64,000 nt of DNA from Anaerolineae bacterium (GTDB taxonomy: Bacteria; Chloroflexota; Anaerolineae; Aggregatilineales; Phototrophicaceae), in the NCBI GenBank assembly GCA_022820125.1, contig JAJEGA010000014.1:18567-82566 (forward strand). The letters run 5' to 3'. The notes beneath the pieces were generated by a model. That model was not told the origin of the DNA. It ran no database searches and was given only the letters and a program-made list of their open reading frames with translations. The position numbers and the translations under genes are program-made. This document shows positions 1 to 9,112 of this stretch, one piece after another. Every line of letters begins with the position of its first letter. Within the stretch, counting starts at the first letter, position 1.

Positions 1-18
1 GCGAATGTCGCGCTATGC

Positions 19-43
19 GGGCGACCCAATGGCTCGCCCCTAC
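19..43. repeat. Partial REP-like arm (GGGCGACCCAATGGCTCGCCCCTAC) of the GTAG/CTAC double-hairpin repeat family
   Basis: Ends in CGCCCCTAC like the right arm of the full copies at 2533-2611, 16009-16078, 18772-18841, 19481-19553 and 38647-38716. No left arm is visible; the window edge is 18 nt away. Confidence 0.45.
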
Positions 44-124
44 AATTCGCCGGCGTGGCGCGGTCGAGATTAGCCTCCCCTCATTGCTATGGGGGGACCG
101 AGGGGACGGATTTAGCAAGCCGCG

Positions 125-1303
125 CTAGCCACCGTGCCGCCGCAGCAATCGCAGCGCGCTCTCCGCCATGACGCCGACGCCGATCGGCAGGCAGCCCTCA
201 TGGATATCGAAGATGGGACTGTGATGCGGTCGATTCAGTTCATCCAGCTGGGCGCCCAAGCGCATCATCGCGCCCGGCGCTTTCCGCGTCATGAAGGCGA
301 AGTCTTCGCCCGCCATGATCGGCTCGCCCTCGCCCGACCGCTCTTCGCCCAGCAAATCGGCGCCGACCGACCGTATCAGCGCGGCGACTTCCGGGTCGTT
401 CCACAGCGCCGGATAACCGGTCGAGATATTTAGTTCATAATCACCGCCGAAGTGACGAACCAGCGCGAACGCCTCTTCCACCAGGCGATGGATCTCTTCG
501 CGCGCCTCTTGTTCAAAAGTGCGGATCGTCCCGGTCATGATCACTTCGTTGGGGATGACGTTATCGGCGATGCCGGCATGGATGGTGCCGATGGTCACCA
601 CCGAGCGTTCGGTCGGGTCGCGCCGGCGCGAGCGAATCGCCTGCAGCGCGTTGACCACCTGCGCCTGCAGCCAGATGGGATCCAAGCCATTATGCGGCGC
701 TGCGCCATGCGTGCCTTCACCGATGATCTTCGCTTCAAAGACATCGGGCGCCGCCAGCGAAAAGCCATCGGAGACCTCAACCAATCCCATCGGCGATCCG
801 CTGGAGACATGACAGGCGATCACGGCATCCAGTCCATCAAGCGCCTTTTCCTCAACCATCAAGCTGCCGCCGCTGTGCCCGTCTTCGAGCCGCCATTTCT
901 CTTCGCTCGGCTGAAACAGCAAACGAATCTCGCCGGCGGGGCGGTCGGGCAAGTCGTTCAGCAGTTTGGCCACGCCCAGCAGCATCGAGGTATGGGCATC
1001 GTGCCCGCAGGCGTGCATCAAGCCCGGCGTTTGCGACTTGTAGGGCACATCGTTGGCTTCGTTTATCGGCAGCGCGTCCATGTCCGCGCGAATGCCGACC
1101 GCGGGCCGCCCTTCCCCAATCCGCGCTACGACGCCGGTCTCAGCCACGCCGACTTCAATCTCAATGCCCATCTCGCGCAGCGTATCCGCCACCAGCCGCG
1201 ATGTCCGCCGCTCCTCGAAGCCGAGCTCGGGGTGCATGTGAATCTCGCGCCGCCAGCCGACCAACTGTTCTTTGAGTTCATTGGCTTTGTCCAACATCGT
1301 CAT
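125..1303 (-). CDS. M20-family amidohydrolase (N-acyl-L-amino acid amidohydrolase / hippurate hydrolase-like)
   Basis: 392-aa ORF. WRREIHMHPELGFEE near the N-terminus and the MHACGHDAHT metal-ligand block are typical of M20D amidohydrolases. Confidence 0.85.
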   Translation of the reverse strand: MTMLDKANELKEQLVGWRREIHMHPELGFEERRTSRLVADTLREMGIEIEVGVAETGVVARIGEGRPAVGIRADMDALPINEANDVPYKSQTPGLMHACGHDAHTSMLLGVAKLLNDLPDRPAGEIRLLFQPSEEKWRLEDGHSGGSLMVEEKALDGLDAVIACHVSSGSPMGLVEVSDGFSLAAPDVFEAKIIGEGTHGAAPHNGLDPIWLQAQVVNALQAIRSRRRDPTERSVVTIGTIHAGIADNVIPNEVIMTGTIRTFEQEAREEIHRLVEEAFALVRHFGGDYELNISTGYPALWNDPEVAALIRSVGADLLGEERSGEGEPIMAGEDFAFMTRKAPGAMMRLGAQLDELNRPHHSPIFDIHEGCLPIGVGVMAESALRLLRRHGG

Positions 1304-1367
1304 AATCCGCTCCTTTGATTCCGCTTCGAAGTCGCTTTATCATACCGTCGTCCAGTTACCCTCAGAA

Positions 1368-2315
1368 TCATGCCTTGTCGCGGGTCAGCGCCTGATTAGG
1401 CTTGTCGTTGACCGAGAACTTGAATACATCCGGGCGGTTATAATGCCCCACCGCATCAAAATCCAGATGTCCCTGATAAACCTGACCCATTTCGAGATCG
1501 GCATAGAGTATGCCTTCCGCCCCGTAAAGCGGTTCACAAATATACTCGCCGAAGGGATCTACGATGGCGCTGCCGCCGCGGCAGAGTTCTTCCGGTAGCT
1601 CCGCCAATTCGTCATGGAGCGCCAGATCATCGGGATACATCGAGCGCTCAAAATACTGGTTGCAGCCAAGTACAAAGCAGCGCCCTTCGCAGGCGATATG
1701 CCTGAGCGTCGCCTGCCAGGAATCTCGCTGGTCGGCGGTCGGCGTCAAGTAAATGCTTACCCCCTTGGCGTACATCGCCATCCTCGCCAGCGGCATATAA
1801 TTCTCCCAGCAGATCAACCCTCCAAGGACGCCAAAAGGCGCATCCACCGTGGTTAGGGTGCTGCCATCGCCACAGCCCCAAATCAGCCGCTCGCTTCCGG
1901 TCGGCATCAGTTTGCGGTGCGCGCCCCGCAGCCCGCCAGCGGGATCGATGTAGAGCAGCGAATTGTAGAGCGTGCCGCCTTTGCCTTCGCCGCTGCGTTC
2001 GGAAATGCCCAGCGCCACGTAAGCGCCCGCCTCCTGCGCCGCGTCGCGCAGCGGCTGCGTCTCGGCCTCATCAAGCGTCATGGACGCTCGCCAGTAGCGC
2101 TCAAAGTCTCGCCGACCGGCCGGCGAACGGCTGCCGACAGCAGCGCCGTAGGTGAAGCCGCGCGGATAACCCGGAATCATCGCTTCCGGCAGCAGCACCA
2201 AGTCCGCGCCCTGCTCCCCCGCCTCGCGGATTGCGCTTGCCGATTTGTCAATGCAGGCGCTCTTGTCGGCGAAGACCGATGCCAACTGCGCCACCGCCAC
2301 GCGTACCGTATCCAT
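1368..2315 (-). CDS. Nitrilase / carbon-nitrogen hydrolase family protein
   Basis: 315-aa ORF with Glu-Lys-Cys triad contexts: LLPEAMIPGY, HRKLMPT and LICWENYMP. Confidence 0.85.
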   Translation of the reverse strand: MDTVRVAVAQLASVFADKSACIDKSASAIREAGEQGADLVLLPEAMIPGYPRGFTYGAAVGSRSPAGRRDFERYWRASMTLDEAETQPLRDAAQEAGAYVALGISERSGEGKGGTLYNSLLYIDPAGGLRGAHRKLMPTGSERLIWGCGDGSTLTTVDAPFGVLGGLICWENYMPLARMAMYAKGVSIYLTPTADQRDSWQATLRHIACEGRCFVLGCNQYFERSMYPDDLALHDELAELPEELCRGGSAIVDPFGEYICEPLYGAEGILYADLEMGQVYQGHLDFDAVGHYNRPDVFKFSVNDKPNQALTRDKA

Positions 2316-2385
2316 TGCGAAAGAATCCTAAAGCCGCCAAACAACCCGGCAATTCCAAGTAAACAGTTCAAACAAAAGGGAACGT

Positions 2386-2454
2386 GTAGGGGGTCTCGCT
2401 GAGACGCCGCTTTTTCCGCCACACTTCGTTGGGCGTATCACCCAGACCCCCTAC
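2386..2454. repeat. GTAG...CTAC repeat, diverged copy (outer stem GTAGGGGGTCT / AGACCCCCTAC)
   Basis: 11-bp perfect outer inverted repeat. The left arm contains a GTCTC-GCT-GAGAC hairpin. The left flank AAGTAAACAGTTCAAACAAAAGGGAACGT resembles the left flank of the 174-nt elements. Confidence 0.6.
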
Positions 2455-2532
2455 AAGGCTTGTCCGGTACTGTCAGGATTTCAACTAAACATGCTGCCAA
2501 TCGGCCAAGATCTGTTCGCATAAGCGACCTGT

Positions 2533-2611
2533 GTAGGGGCGACATATTATGTCGCCCGCTGGGTTGCTCCAAACGCGCTGTCAAGCGGGCGATCAGGTTG
2601 ATCGCCCCTAC
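2533..2611. repeat. GTAG...CTAC double-hairpin (REPIN-like) repeat
   Basis: GTAG-GGGCGACAT-ATT-ATGTCGCCC ... GGGCGATCA-GG-TTGATCGCCC-CTAC. Intergenic. Confidence 0.75.
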
Positions 2612-2808
2612 AGCCAGCAAGCAAACTAAAGAAAAATGCGCGTCTGACTCGTTTAATTCCAAGTACCGGACAAGCCTTACAGATTTAATTTGCATGATGT
2701 ACATGCTACTCGCTCCTGTATGGATTGTAACCTACACCGGGTCCTATGCCGAAAACGCTGGCGAAGCGCCCCGAGAGTCGCCTGCGTTACCCCGGCAAAG
2801 GGCATGCT

Positions 2809-3543
2809 TCAGCCGCCGGCTTCAGCCTCCAGCGGGCAACCCCGATTCGCCGCCGGTCCCGCTTCGCGCGGGCAATCGTCTTCGGATGTATCCAAGCCGT
2901 CGTCATCAAAATCGCGGCAGCCGCGGGGCGAATTCGGCGCGAACTCGTTCGGGCAGCGGTCGTCGGCATCGCGAATCCCGTCGCGGTCGGCATCGTCAGA
3001 CCAGGGGCAGCCGCCGTTTTCAACCGAACCCGCCTCGTTCGGGCAGCGGTCATCCGCGTCGGCGACGCCATCAAGATCGGCATCAGCGCCGCCTTCAGTG
3101 GCGGGAGCTTCGGCTGTTGCCGATGCCACGATCGGGATCGGGGTCGGGCTAAGCACCGTCGGCGCCACGATGGTTTGCGCCGGCAGCGGCGTCGGCGGCA
3201 CATACTGAGCCGGCGTGGCCGGCAGGGCGCGCTGGGGCGTATTCGCCGGGAGTGGACGGGCGAGGGGCGTGAAGGTGGGCGCGCGCGCCTGCCCGGCGCC
3301 CAGCGGCGTGAAGCTCGGCGCCTGCGCTGCTGTCTGCGTGATCCTGACCGCCGCAATTTCAACCGGGGCGCTGCCGATGATGAATATCGCGAGGCCATAA
3401 AAGGGAAAGGTGCCGACGATGATCAGCAGCATCAGCAGACGCAAGCACTGGTTGCGTTCGCTCTGACCTTGCACGACATCAATGGTTCTCATTGGAGGCT
3501 CGCGGGCGGGAATTGGCGACAGCGGCGTCGGGGACCGCTTCAA
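2809..3543 (-). CDS. Membrane-anchored protein with Pro/Thr-rich linker and three thrombospondin type-3-like calcium-binding repeats
   Basis: 244-aa ORF. It has one TM helix (LLMLLIIVGTFPFYGLAIFIIG) and repeated D-x-D-x-D-G-x-x-D-x-x-D-x-C-P units (DADLDGVADADDRCP, DADRDGIRDADDRCP, DFDDDGLDTSEDDCP). The start overlaps the stop of the upstream gene as ATGA. Confidence 0.65.
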   Translation of the reverse strand: MKRSPTPLSPIPAREPPMRTIDVVQGQSERNQCLRLLMLLIIVGTFPFYGLAIFIIGSAPVEIAAVRITQTAAQAPSFTPLGAGQARAPTFTPLARPLPANTPQRALPATPAQYVPPTPLPAQTIVAPTVLSPTPIPIVASATAEAPATEGGADADLDGVADADDRCPNEAGSVENGGCPWSDDADRDGIRDADDRCPNEFAPNSPRGCRDFDDDGLDTSEDDCPREAGPAANRGCPLEAEAGG

Positions 3544-5483
3544 GGTAATTCTAGCCCAGTTGCCGTATCGCGCGTCGCGCTCTCATCAAGATCGCGGAAT
3601 TGATAAAGCGCGCCATCACAGAAGCCGCGCGCCCGGTAATACTCGCGCGTGCCAATGGATGAGATGACCGCCAGCCGCCGGCAGCCGCGCGCCGCCGCGA
3701 TTTCAGCCGCCCGGTCAATCAGACGCCTGCCAAGCCCGGCGTGCTGCGCCCGGCCCCTCTGCTCCCGGCCGATGCCGAGCGCCAGCCCATATACATGCAC
3801 TTCGCGGATCATGGCGGCGGCGCGCAGCTCCTCCACCAGCGGCCCCTCGTTGGCTGCGGGCAGAGACAGCCGCAGGAATCCGGCGATATCGCGCTCGGCG
3901 GTGATGTATTGCAGGAAGATTTCCGCGCCTGCGCTCGATTCATAACGCGTCTCATCCAGGCGCAGATCGCCCGCGCGCACCGGTTTCACGCCAATTTCGC
4001 GCGCGCGGATATCAACGCTGCCTTCACCCCGCCCTTCCAGCTCTCGCTCCACCAATTGCCGGAAATTTGTCACTTTGTTCCCGTCGACGATATCGGTGCC
4101 CGGTATGTCGCGAATGACGCGGGTCAGACGACAATATTCCGGCGTAAGCTTGAAACAATCAACCAAGAGCTCAAGCAGCTCGTCATGCGTATAGGGCTGC
4201 CAGTCGCCGGCTTGATACTGCCGCATCAACTCGGCGCTTTCGATCAGCGAGCAGGGGTAGATTTTCAGTTCATCGGGCTTGAAATCCCGATCGCTGAAAA
4301 GCCGTTCATAATCATCAAGATCATCAGCCGGCGTCGAGCCGTAAAGATTGGGCATCCAGTGCGCGTGAATCTTGAAGCCGGCTTTGCGCAGCAGCCTGAA
4401 CGCGCGCCTCGTCGCCGCCACATCGTGCCCGCGCTTGTTCATTGCCAGCACGCGGTCGCTCAAGCTCTGGATGCCAATCTGCACTTTGGTGCAGCCGAGC
4501 CGCCGTACGCGAATCACCTCCGCCTCGCTGATGTGGTCCGGGCGCGTTTCGATCACCAAGCCCACAGCGCGGCAGGCCGCAAGCTCATTCTCGCGCTGCG
4601 CCGCTTCAAGCTCTTCCCAAGTCGCGTATTCGTCGACGATGCCGCGCTGGCGGATGCCACTTGCGATTTCATCTGCCATCCCGCGCGAGCGATAAATCTC
4701 CTCAGCGTAAATCGCCTGCACGGTCTGATTGTACGAAGTCATCATTTGCGCGCCCTGAATCGTCACATTGCTGACCGGCTCGCCCGTGAACATCGATTTT
4801 TCGCTTAAAGCGGCGGTGACCTCTTCCCGCCGGTCGATTCCCTGCCCGAAGTCGCGCAGCGCGTCAAGAATGCGCTTGACGAACCATATCTGGTAGGTCT
4901 CGGGATAAAAGGACCAAGTGCCGCCCAGAATGATGATTTCGATTTTGTCGGTCGAATGCCCCAGATTGTGATAGGTATTTAAGCGCATGTAGCTCTGCAA
5001 ATAAGGATCAAAGGCGTTCTTCTCCGCCCGCTGCGCGCCCGGCTCATCAGCCAGGTAACTCTTGGGCATGCGAATGTCGTTGGGGCAGAAAATGCAAGTT
5101 CCCGGGCAGGGAAAGGGTTTGGTTAAGACGGTAAGCGGCGTCACGCCAGACAGCGTGCGAACGGGCTTGCGCCTAAGCTTGAATAGCTGCGCCTCGTCAA
5201 AGTCGGGGATGCCCTCTTGGCCGGCGAAGGCGCGCCAAGCGTCCACCAAATTCGCCAGGCTGTAGAAGCCCTCGCCCGCCGGCTTGGGATAGCGCCGCAT
5301 TAACTGCTGATGCTCGCGCGAGCTGAGACGATCCGGCGCCTTGAGGATGATCTTGAGCAGAGGGATCAGCCGCTCGCGATGCGCCTCGACTTGAAACTCG
5401 TATCTGCTATTGCCCGACATTGAGCCATCCTGCATCGCTTCTCCGCCCCATTCTAGCCGCGAACGGCGCAAAACTGAACGCAA
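3540..5483 (-). CDS. elp3: Elp3-like radical SAM / GNAT acetyltransferase (putative tRNA U34 carboxymethyl-modification enzyme)
   Basis: 647-aa ORF. Radical SAM cluster motif CPGTCIFCP, central Elp3-type core, and a C-terminal GNAT with QHAGLGRRLIDRAAEIA. The exact start is uncertain (Met at residues 1, 17 and 22). Confidence 0.8.
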   Translation of the reverse strand: MRSVLRRSRLEWGGEAMQDGSMSGNSRYEFQVEAHRERLIPLLKIILKAPDRLSSREHQQLMRRYPKPAGEGFYSLANLVDAWRAFAGQEGIPDFDEAQLFKLRRKPVRTLSGVTPLTVLTKPFPCPGTCIFCPNDIRMPKSYLADEPGAQRAEKNAFDPYLQSYMRLNTYHNLGHSTDKIEIIILGGTWSFYPETYQIWFVKRILDALRDFGQGIDRREEVTAALSEKSMFTGEPVSNVTIQGAQMMTSYNQTVQAIYAEEIYRSRGMADEIASGIRQRGIVDEYATWEELEAAQRENELAACRAVGLVIETRPDHISEAEVIRVRRLGCTKVQIGIQSLSDRVLAMNKRGHDVAATRRAFRLLRKAGFKIHAHWMPNLYGSTPADDLDDYERLFSDRDFKPDELKIYPCSLIESAELMRQYQAGDWQPYTHDELLELLVDCFKLTPEYCRLTRVIRDIPGTDIVDGNKVTNFRQLVERELEGRGEGSVDIRAREIGVKPVRAGDLRLDETRYESSAGAEIFLQYITAERDIAGFLRLSLPAANEGPLVEELRAAAMIREVHVYGLALGIGREQRGRAQHAGLGRRLIDRAAEIAAARGCRRLAVISSIGTREYYRARGFCDGALYQFRDLDESATRDTATGLELP

Positions 5484-5567
5484 AATCGGGGGCGCCCGCC
5501 CGCCATTTCCCCGCCGCGCTTTTCCGCTACACTATGATTATCGCGCCAACAAGAGAGGAAGGCGGCT

Positions 5568-6347
5568 ATGCACCTGCTCCCACCCTTCACCCGCGCCTTG
5601 ATGCGGCGCCCGGCGAAAAACTTCGCCGCCGGCTTGACATCCTCAGCGCATTTGGGCGCGCCGGATTTTGCCTTGGCGCTGCGGCAGCACGAGGCTTACG
5701 CAAACGCGCTGCGTGACTGCGGGCTCGCGGTCAAGGTGCTGCCCGCTGATGAGCGCTTCCCCGATGGGCACTTCGTCGAAGACCCTTTCGTGATCTTCCG
5801 CGACCTGGCTTTCCATTGCCGCTCGGGCGCGCGGGCGCGGCGGGAAGAAGGCGCATCGCTCATACCCCAGCTCTCCGATCTACGCATAGTCGAGCCACCG
5901 CCCGCTGCCCGCATTGACGGCGGCGATGTGCTCATCTGCGCCGATCGCGCGCTCGTCGGCATCTCCGCCCGCACGAACCGCGCCGGCTACCAAGCGCTGC
6001 GAAACGCCCTCCGCTCCGTGAAACGCGACATCCGCGTCGATCCCGTTCCCTTTCACGGCGTCTTGCATTTGAAAAGCGGCTTGACCGAATTGGCGCCCAA
6101 TGTCTTGATTCGCGATCCGGCGCTGCAGACCGATTACGATTTGGCTTGGGCGGATGTGGTCGAGCTGCCGCCGGAAGAAGGTTACGCCGCCGATGTGATG
6201 CCGGTTAATGATACGCTCTTCGTCGCCGCGAATTGCCCGCGGGCCTACGAAGCCGCAGCCAAAGTTTGCCCGCGTGTGATTAGCCTGGATCTAAGCGAGT
6301 TTGTGAAGATGGATGGCGGCTTGACATGCCTCTCGCTACGCTACTGA
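5568..6347 (+). CDS. Dimethylarginine dimethylaminohydrolase-like amidinotransferase-fold enzyme
   Basis: 259-aa ORF. Contains FPDGHFVEDP, IDGGDVL, GISARTN, VLHLKSG and the C-terminal MDGGLTCLSLRY with the catalytic-Cys context of the DDAH/arginine deiminase superfamily. Confidence 0.75.
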   Translation: MHLLPPFTRALMRRPAKNFAAGLTSSAHLGAPDFALALRQHEAYANALRDCGLAVKVLPADERFPDGHFVEDPFVIFRDLAFHCRSGARARREEGASLIPQLSDLRIVEPPPAARIDGGDVLICADRALVGISARTNRAGYQALRNALRSVKRDIRVDPVPFHGVLHLKSGLTELAPNVLIRDPALQTDYDLAWADVVELPPEEGYAADVMPVNDTLFVAANCPRAYEAAAKVCPRVISLDLSEFVKMDGGLTCLSLRY

Positions 6348-7633
6348 CGCGGTCGCTGGCGCTGCTGTCGCTTTCAGCGCTCTTGCTCGCTTTCAACGCT
6401 GGCGCCGGTTTGCTGGCGCAGCAGCCAGAGGCTAGCGGATGCCGTCAACGATCGACCCTCATCTGGAGCGAATTATACGCCGATTTCTGGCGCTGGTGCG
6501 TCGACCACATATTTCACGACCGGCTGATTGAGCCGCTGTCGTTTACGGCGATGGTCGTCGCGCCCGATGGGACCTTGTTCGCCACGCGGCCTCTCAGCGG
6601 CGCGGTCGTGGTCTTTCGCGATTCGGACGGCGATGATCTGCCCGATGCAATGGAGACCTTGGCTCAGGGCTTGACGCTTCCCAACGGCCTCGCCTATCAC
6701 GCAGGCGCGCTATACGTTTCGGGCGGCGCGCATATTTATCGGCTCTCCCACAACGGCGCGGTTGAAGTCATTGTGGACGACCTGCCAAGCGGCGTCGGCT
6801 TCTGGACCGGCGGAATCACTGTTGGCGCTGACTCACGGTTGTACGTCGCCATCGGCGCCCCTTGCGATAATTGCGAGTTTGAAGCGCGCGACCGCGGCGC
6901 AATCCTCAGCATGAATCTGGACGGCAGCGACCGGCAGATCGTGGCGACCGGCTTCCGCCAGCCGGCCGATGTCGAATTCTACCGCGGCCAACTCTGGACC
7001 CTGGATAGCGCCCCGCGCCAAGCGGAACGCAACGCCCGCGACGAACTGAATCGGGTAGAGCCGGGTGGCTGGCATGGCTTCCCCTATTGCCTGGGCGCCG
7101 GCGAGCGCAATATCGCACAGCCTGATATAGATTGCGCCGACAGCATATCGCCGGTCATGCGCTTCGGCAGCGGCGCCGCGCCAATCAGTCTGGCGGCTTA
7201 TCCGCATGACTCGCTACCCGGCGCCCAAGATACGCTGATTGTCGTGCTAAGCGGCGAGCCTAGCCAGATTGATTTCGTCGGTTACAAAGTGATCATGATC
7301 AATTTTGACGCTGCCGATCAACCGCTGGGCGCCACCGTTCTGATTCCGTATCGCCGTCAATACGAGCGACAAGCTTACGTCCCCTATCGCGGTGAGGGGC
7401 TCTATTGGGAATCCTTCATCCATGTCAGCGAACTCGGATTCGGCTTTTACCCTAATCAGCCGCTGGCGGTCGCCGTTCATCCCCAGGGCTGGATCTACAT
7501 CAGCATGACGGGCGGGCGCATCATCGCTTTGCGTCCGCCGCAAACACTGCCGGATTACGCCGGGCTATACCCAATATGGACGCCGATGAACCCGGATTTC
7601 GACCCGGCTGCCGCGCCCGACGAATCCGCGTGA
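6326..7633 (+). CDS. Secreted beta-propeller protein, sorbosone/glucose dehydrogenase-like (PQQ-dependent sugar dehydrogenase family)
   Basis: 435-aa ORF with an N-terminal signal peptide. LPNGLAYHAGALYVS and GFRQPADVEF blocks resemble soluble aldose sugar dehydrogenases. Confidence 0.5.
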   Translation: MPLATLLTRSLALLSLSALLLAFNAGAGLLAQQPEASGCRQRSTLIWSELYADFWRWCVDHIFHDRLIEPLSFTAMVVAPDGTLFATRPLSGAVVVFRDSDGDDLPDAMETLAQGLTLPNGLAYHAGALYVSGGAHIYRLSHNGAVEVIVDDLPSGVGFWTGGITVGADSRLYVAIGAPCDNCEFEARDRGAILSMNLDGSDRQIVATGFRQPADVEFYRGQLWTLDSAPRQAERNARDELNRVEPGGWHGFPYCLGAGERNIAQPDIDCADSISPVMRFGSGAAPISLAAYPHDSLPGAQDTLIVVLSGEPSQIDFVGYKVIMINFDAADQPLGATVLIPYRRQYERQAYVPYRGEGLYWESFIHVSELGFGFYPNQPLAVAVHPQGWIYISMTGGRIIALRPPQTLPDYAGLYPIWTPMNPDFDPAAAPDESA

Positions 7634-7797
7634 TTGAAGGGCGCGCTGCGTTTCAATTGCCGCGCAAAGCCGCCTGAATGCGCGCCGGCAAAATGCGGCA
7701 GCGGTCCGCGCTGAAATCGAAATGAGCGGACGTCATCGCACCCTGCGCGCCCTTTCCGCTATAATCTCCCCAGGCCCACTCACGAGATGCTGACTTG

Positions 7798-8421
7798 ATG
7801 ACTACGCTAGAGATTATCGCCAAACACAAGCTCGTCGCCATCGTCCGCCTGGACGATCTATCAATTGCGCGAGCGCTTACACAAGCCTTGATCGACGGCG
7901 GCATTCGCGCTATCGAATTCACGCTGACGAACGCCGACGCCGTTTCCACCATCGCGGAGATACGCCAATGCGTCGCCGACTCGGTCGCTATCGGCGCCGG
8001 CTCGGTCATCTCTGCCGAGCAGGTGCGGGCGGTGGCTGATGCCGGGGCGCAATTTGTGGTATCGCCCGTCTGGAAGCGCGATGTCAACAGCGCCTGCCGC
8101 GCTGCGGGCCTGCCCTTTATGCCGGGCGCCTTCACGCCAACGGAAATTCTGCAAGCCTGGGAGTGGGGCGCGAGCGCCGTCAAGGTCTTCCCGGCGAATC
8201 ATCTGGGCAAGCGCTATATCAAGGATGTGCTGGCGCCCTTGCCTCATCTGCGGCTGATGCCAACCGGCGGCGTCAACATCGACAATATGCGCGAGTTCCT
8301 TGATAACGGCGCTTTTGCCCTGGGCGTCGGTTCATCGCTGATCAACAACGACGCCGTCGCCGATCAGGACTGGGCGCGGCTGCGCGACAATGCCCGTCGC
8401 TACGTCGATCAGTTGCGCTAA
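7798..8421 (+). CDS. eda: 2-dehydro-3-deoxyphosphogluconate / 4-hydroxy-2-oxoglutarate aldolase
   Basis: KLVAIVRLDD, IRAIEFTLTN, GAGSVISAEQ, QFVVSPV and PGAFTPTEI..SAVKVFPA are classic Eda blocks. The ATG at 7798 is preferred over the TTG at 7795. Confidence 0.85.
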   Translation: MTTLEIIAKHKLVAIVRLDDLSIARALTQALIDGGIRAIEFTLTNADAVSTIAEIRQCVADSVAIGAGSVISAEQVRAVADAGAQFVVSPVWKRDVNSACRAAGLPFMPGAFTPTEILQAWEWGASAVKVFPANHLGKRYIKDVLAPLPHLRLMPTGGVNIDNMREFLDNGAFALGVGSSLINNDAVADQDWARLRDNARRYVDQLR

Positions 8422-8969
8422 GTTGTCACTTCATCAATCAGCTGCAGCAATCGCTTGCAGGTATTCCAATTGCGGGCGGTGGATGGCAAGCCGAGCGCTC
8501 TTTCGATGCGGCTGTTATCCAGTTTGGAGCGGGCTTGACCGTCGGTGTAGAAAATAAACAGTTCGCTTCCATCAGCCCCGATGAATTCACGCCCGGGATT
8601 TTTCTCGCGCAGGTCTTCGACAGCAATGGGGCTCGGCGCGTCCGCCAGAAAAACGACGGCGATTTTCCTCGGTTCGTCCAGTTGCGCTTCCGTGAATGGA
8701 TGGCGCTTGAATATGGTCTCGAAAGCTGCTGGACTACGCATGATCACGGGAACATCAAAGCCAAAGGCGGCGCTGATGCCCGCCTCCAGCCGCGCCTTTA
8801 CCCGCGCCAGATCAGCCTCGTCCGTTTCGAAAACGACATTGCCCGTTTGCAGGATGGTTCGCGCGTTGCGGAAGCCCAGCGAAGCGTATACTTCACGCAA
8901 ATCAGCCATCTTTATCTTCTTGCGCCCGCCAACATTGATGCCCCGCAGAAGCGATAGCGCAAACGTCAT
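8418..8969 (-). CDS. DUF1697 family protein
   Basis: LLRGINVGGRKKIKMADLR near the N-terminus is the DUF1697 signature. The start was trimmed to the Met preceding it; an alternative ATG lies at 8993. Confidence 0.7.
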   Translation of the reverse strand: MTFALSLLRGINVGGRKKIKMADLREVYASLGFRNARTILQTGNVVFETDEADLARVKARLEAGISAAFGFDVPVIMRSPAAFETIFKRHPFTEAQLDEPRKIAVVFLADAPSPIAVEDLREKNPGREFIGADGSELFIFYTDGQARSKLDNSRIERALGLPSTARNWNTCKRLLQLIDEVTT

Positions 8970-9112
8970 GCGACCATTCCCTATTCCGCCCATACTCTGG
9001 CGCTACTATACCATGCGCCTGAGAAGCAGACCCGAGCGCCGCATTCCGCGCTTTGCCATCGCAGCGCTTTTCGCTAGACTGACAGAGTCTCCGCCAGTTG
9101 CAGGGCTTGCCC

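Noticed and set aside
452-1318. 288-aa plus-strand ORF (with nested ORFs 134-433, 519-812 and 1053-1241) opposite the M20 amidohydrolase gene
   Set aside because: It is antisense to a gene with strong family motifs. The product is Arg/Ala/His-rich and low in complexity, typical of shadow ORFs in GC-rich DNA.
2386-2611. Clustered palindromic repeats considered as a possible CRISPR array
   Set aside because: There are only two adjacent copies, they are non-identical and the spacing is irregular. Each unit is an inverted doublet, and no cas genes are present. The REP/REPIN-like interpretation fits better.
2460-3603. Several long plus-strand ORFs (2460-3152, 2690-3208, 2746-3603) and the minus-strand ORF 2787-3398
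   Set aside because: Their translations are extremely Arg/Ser/Pro-rich. They overlap the TSP3-repeat gene, whose periodic D-x-D-G-x-x-D-x-C-P repeats and TM anchor are much more protein-like. ORF 2460 also runs through the intergenic repeats.
8994-9112. Possible cobalamin riboswitch upstream of cobS-cobU
   Set aside because: The spacer is only about 120 nt, and I could not find a B12-box-like core or the expected conserved stems by eye. A covariance-model scan (Rfam Cobalamin) would be decisive.
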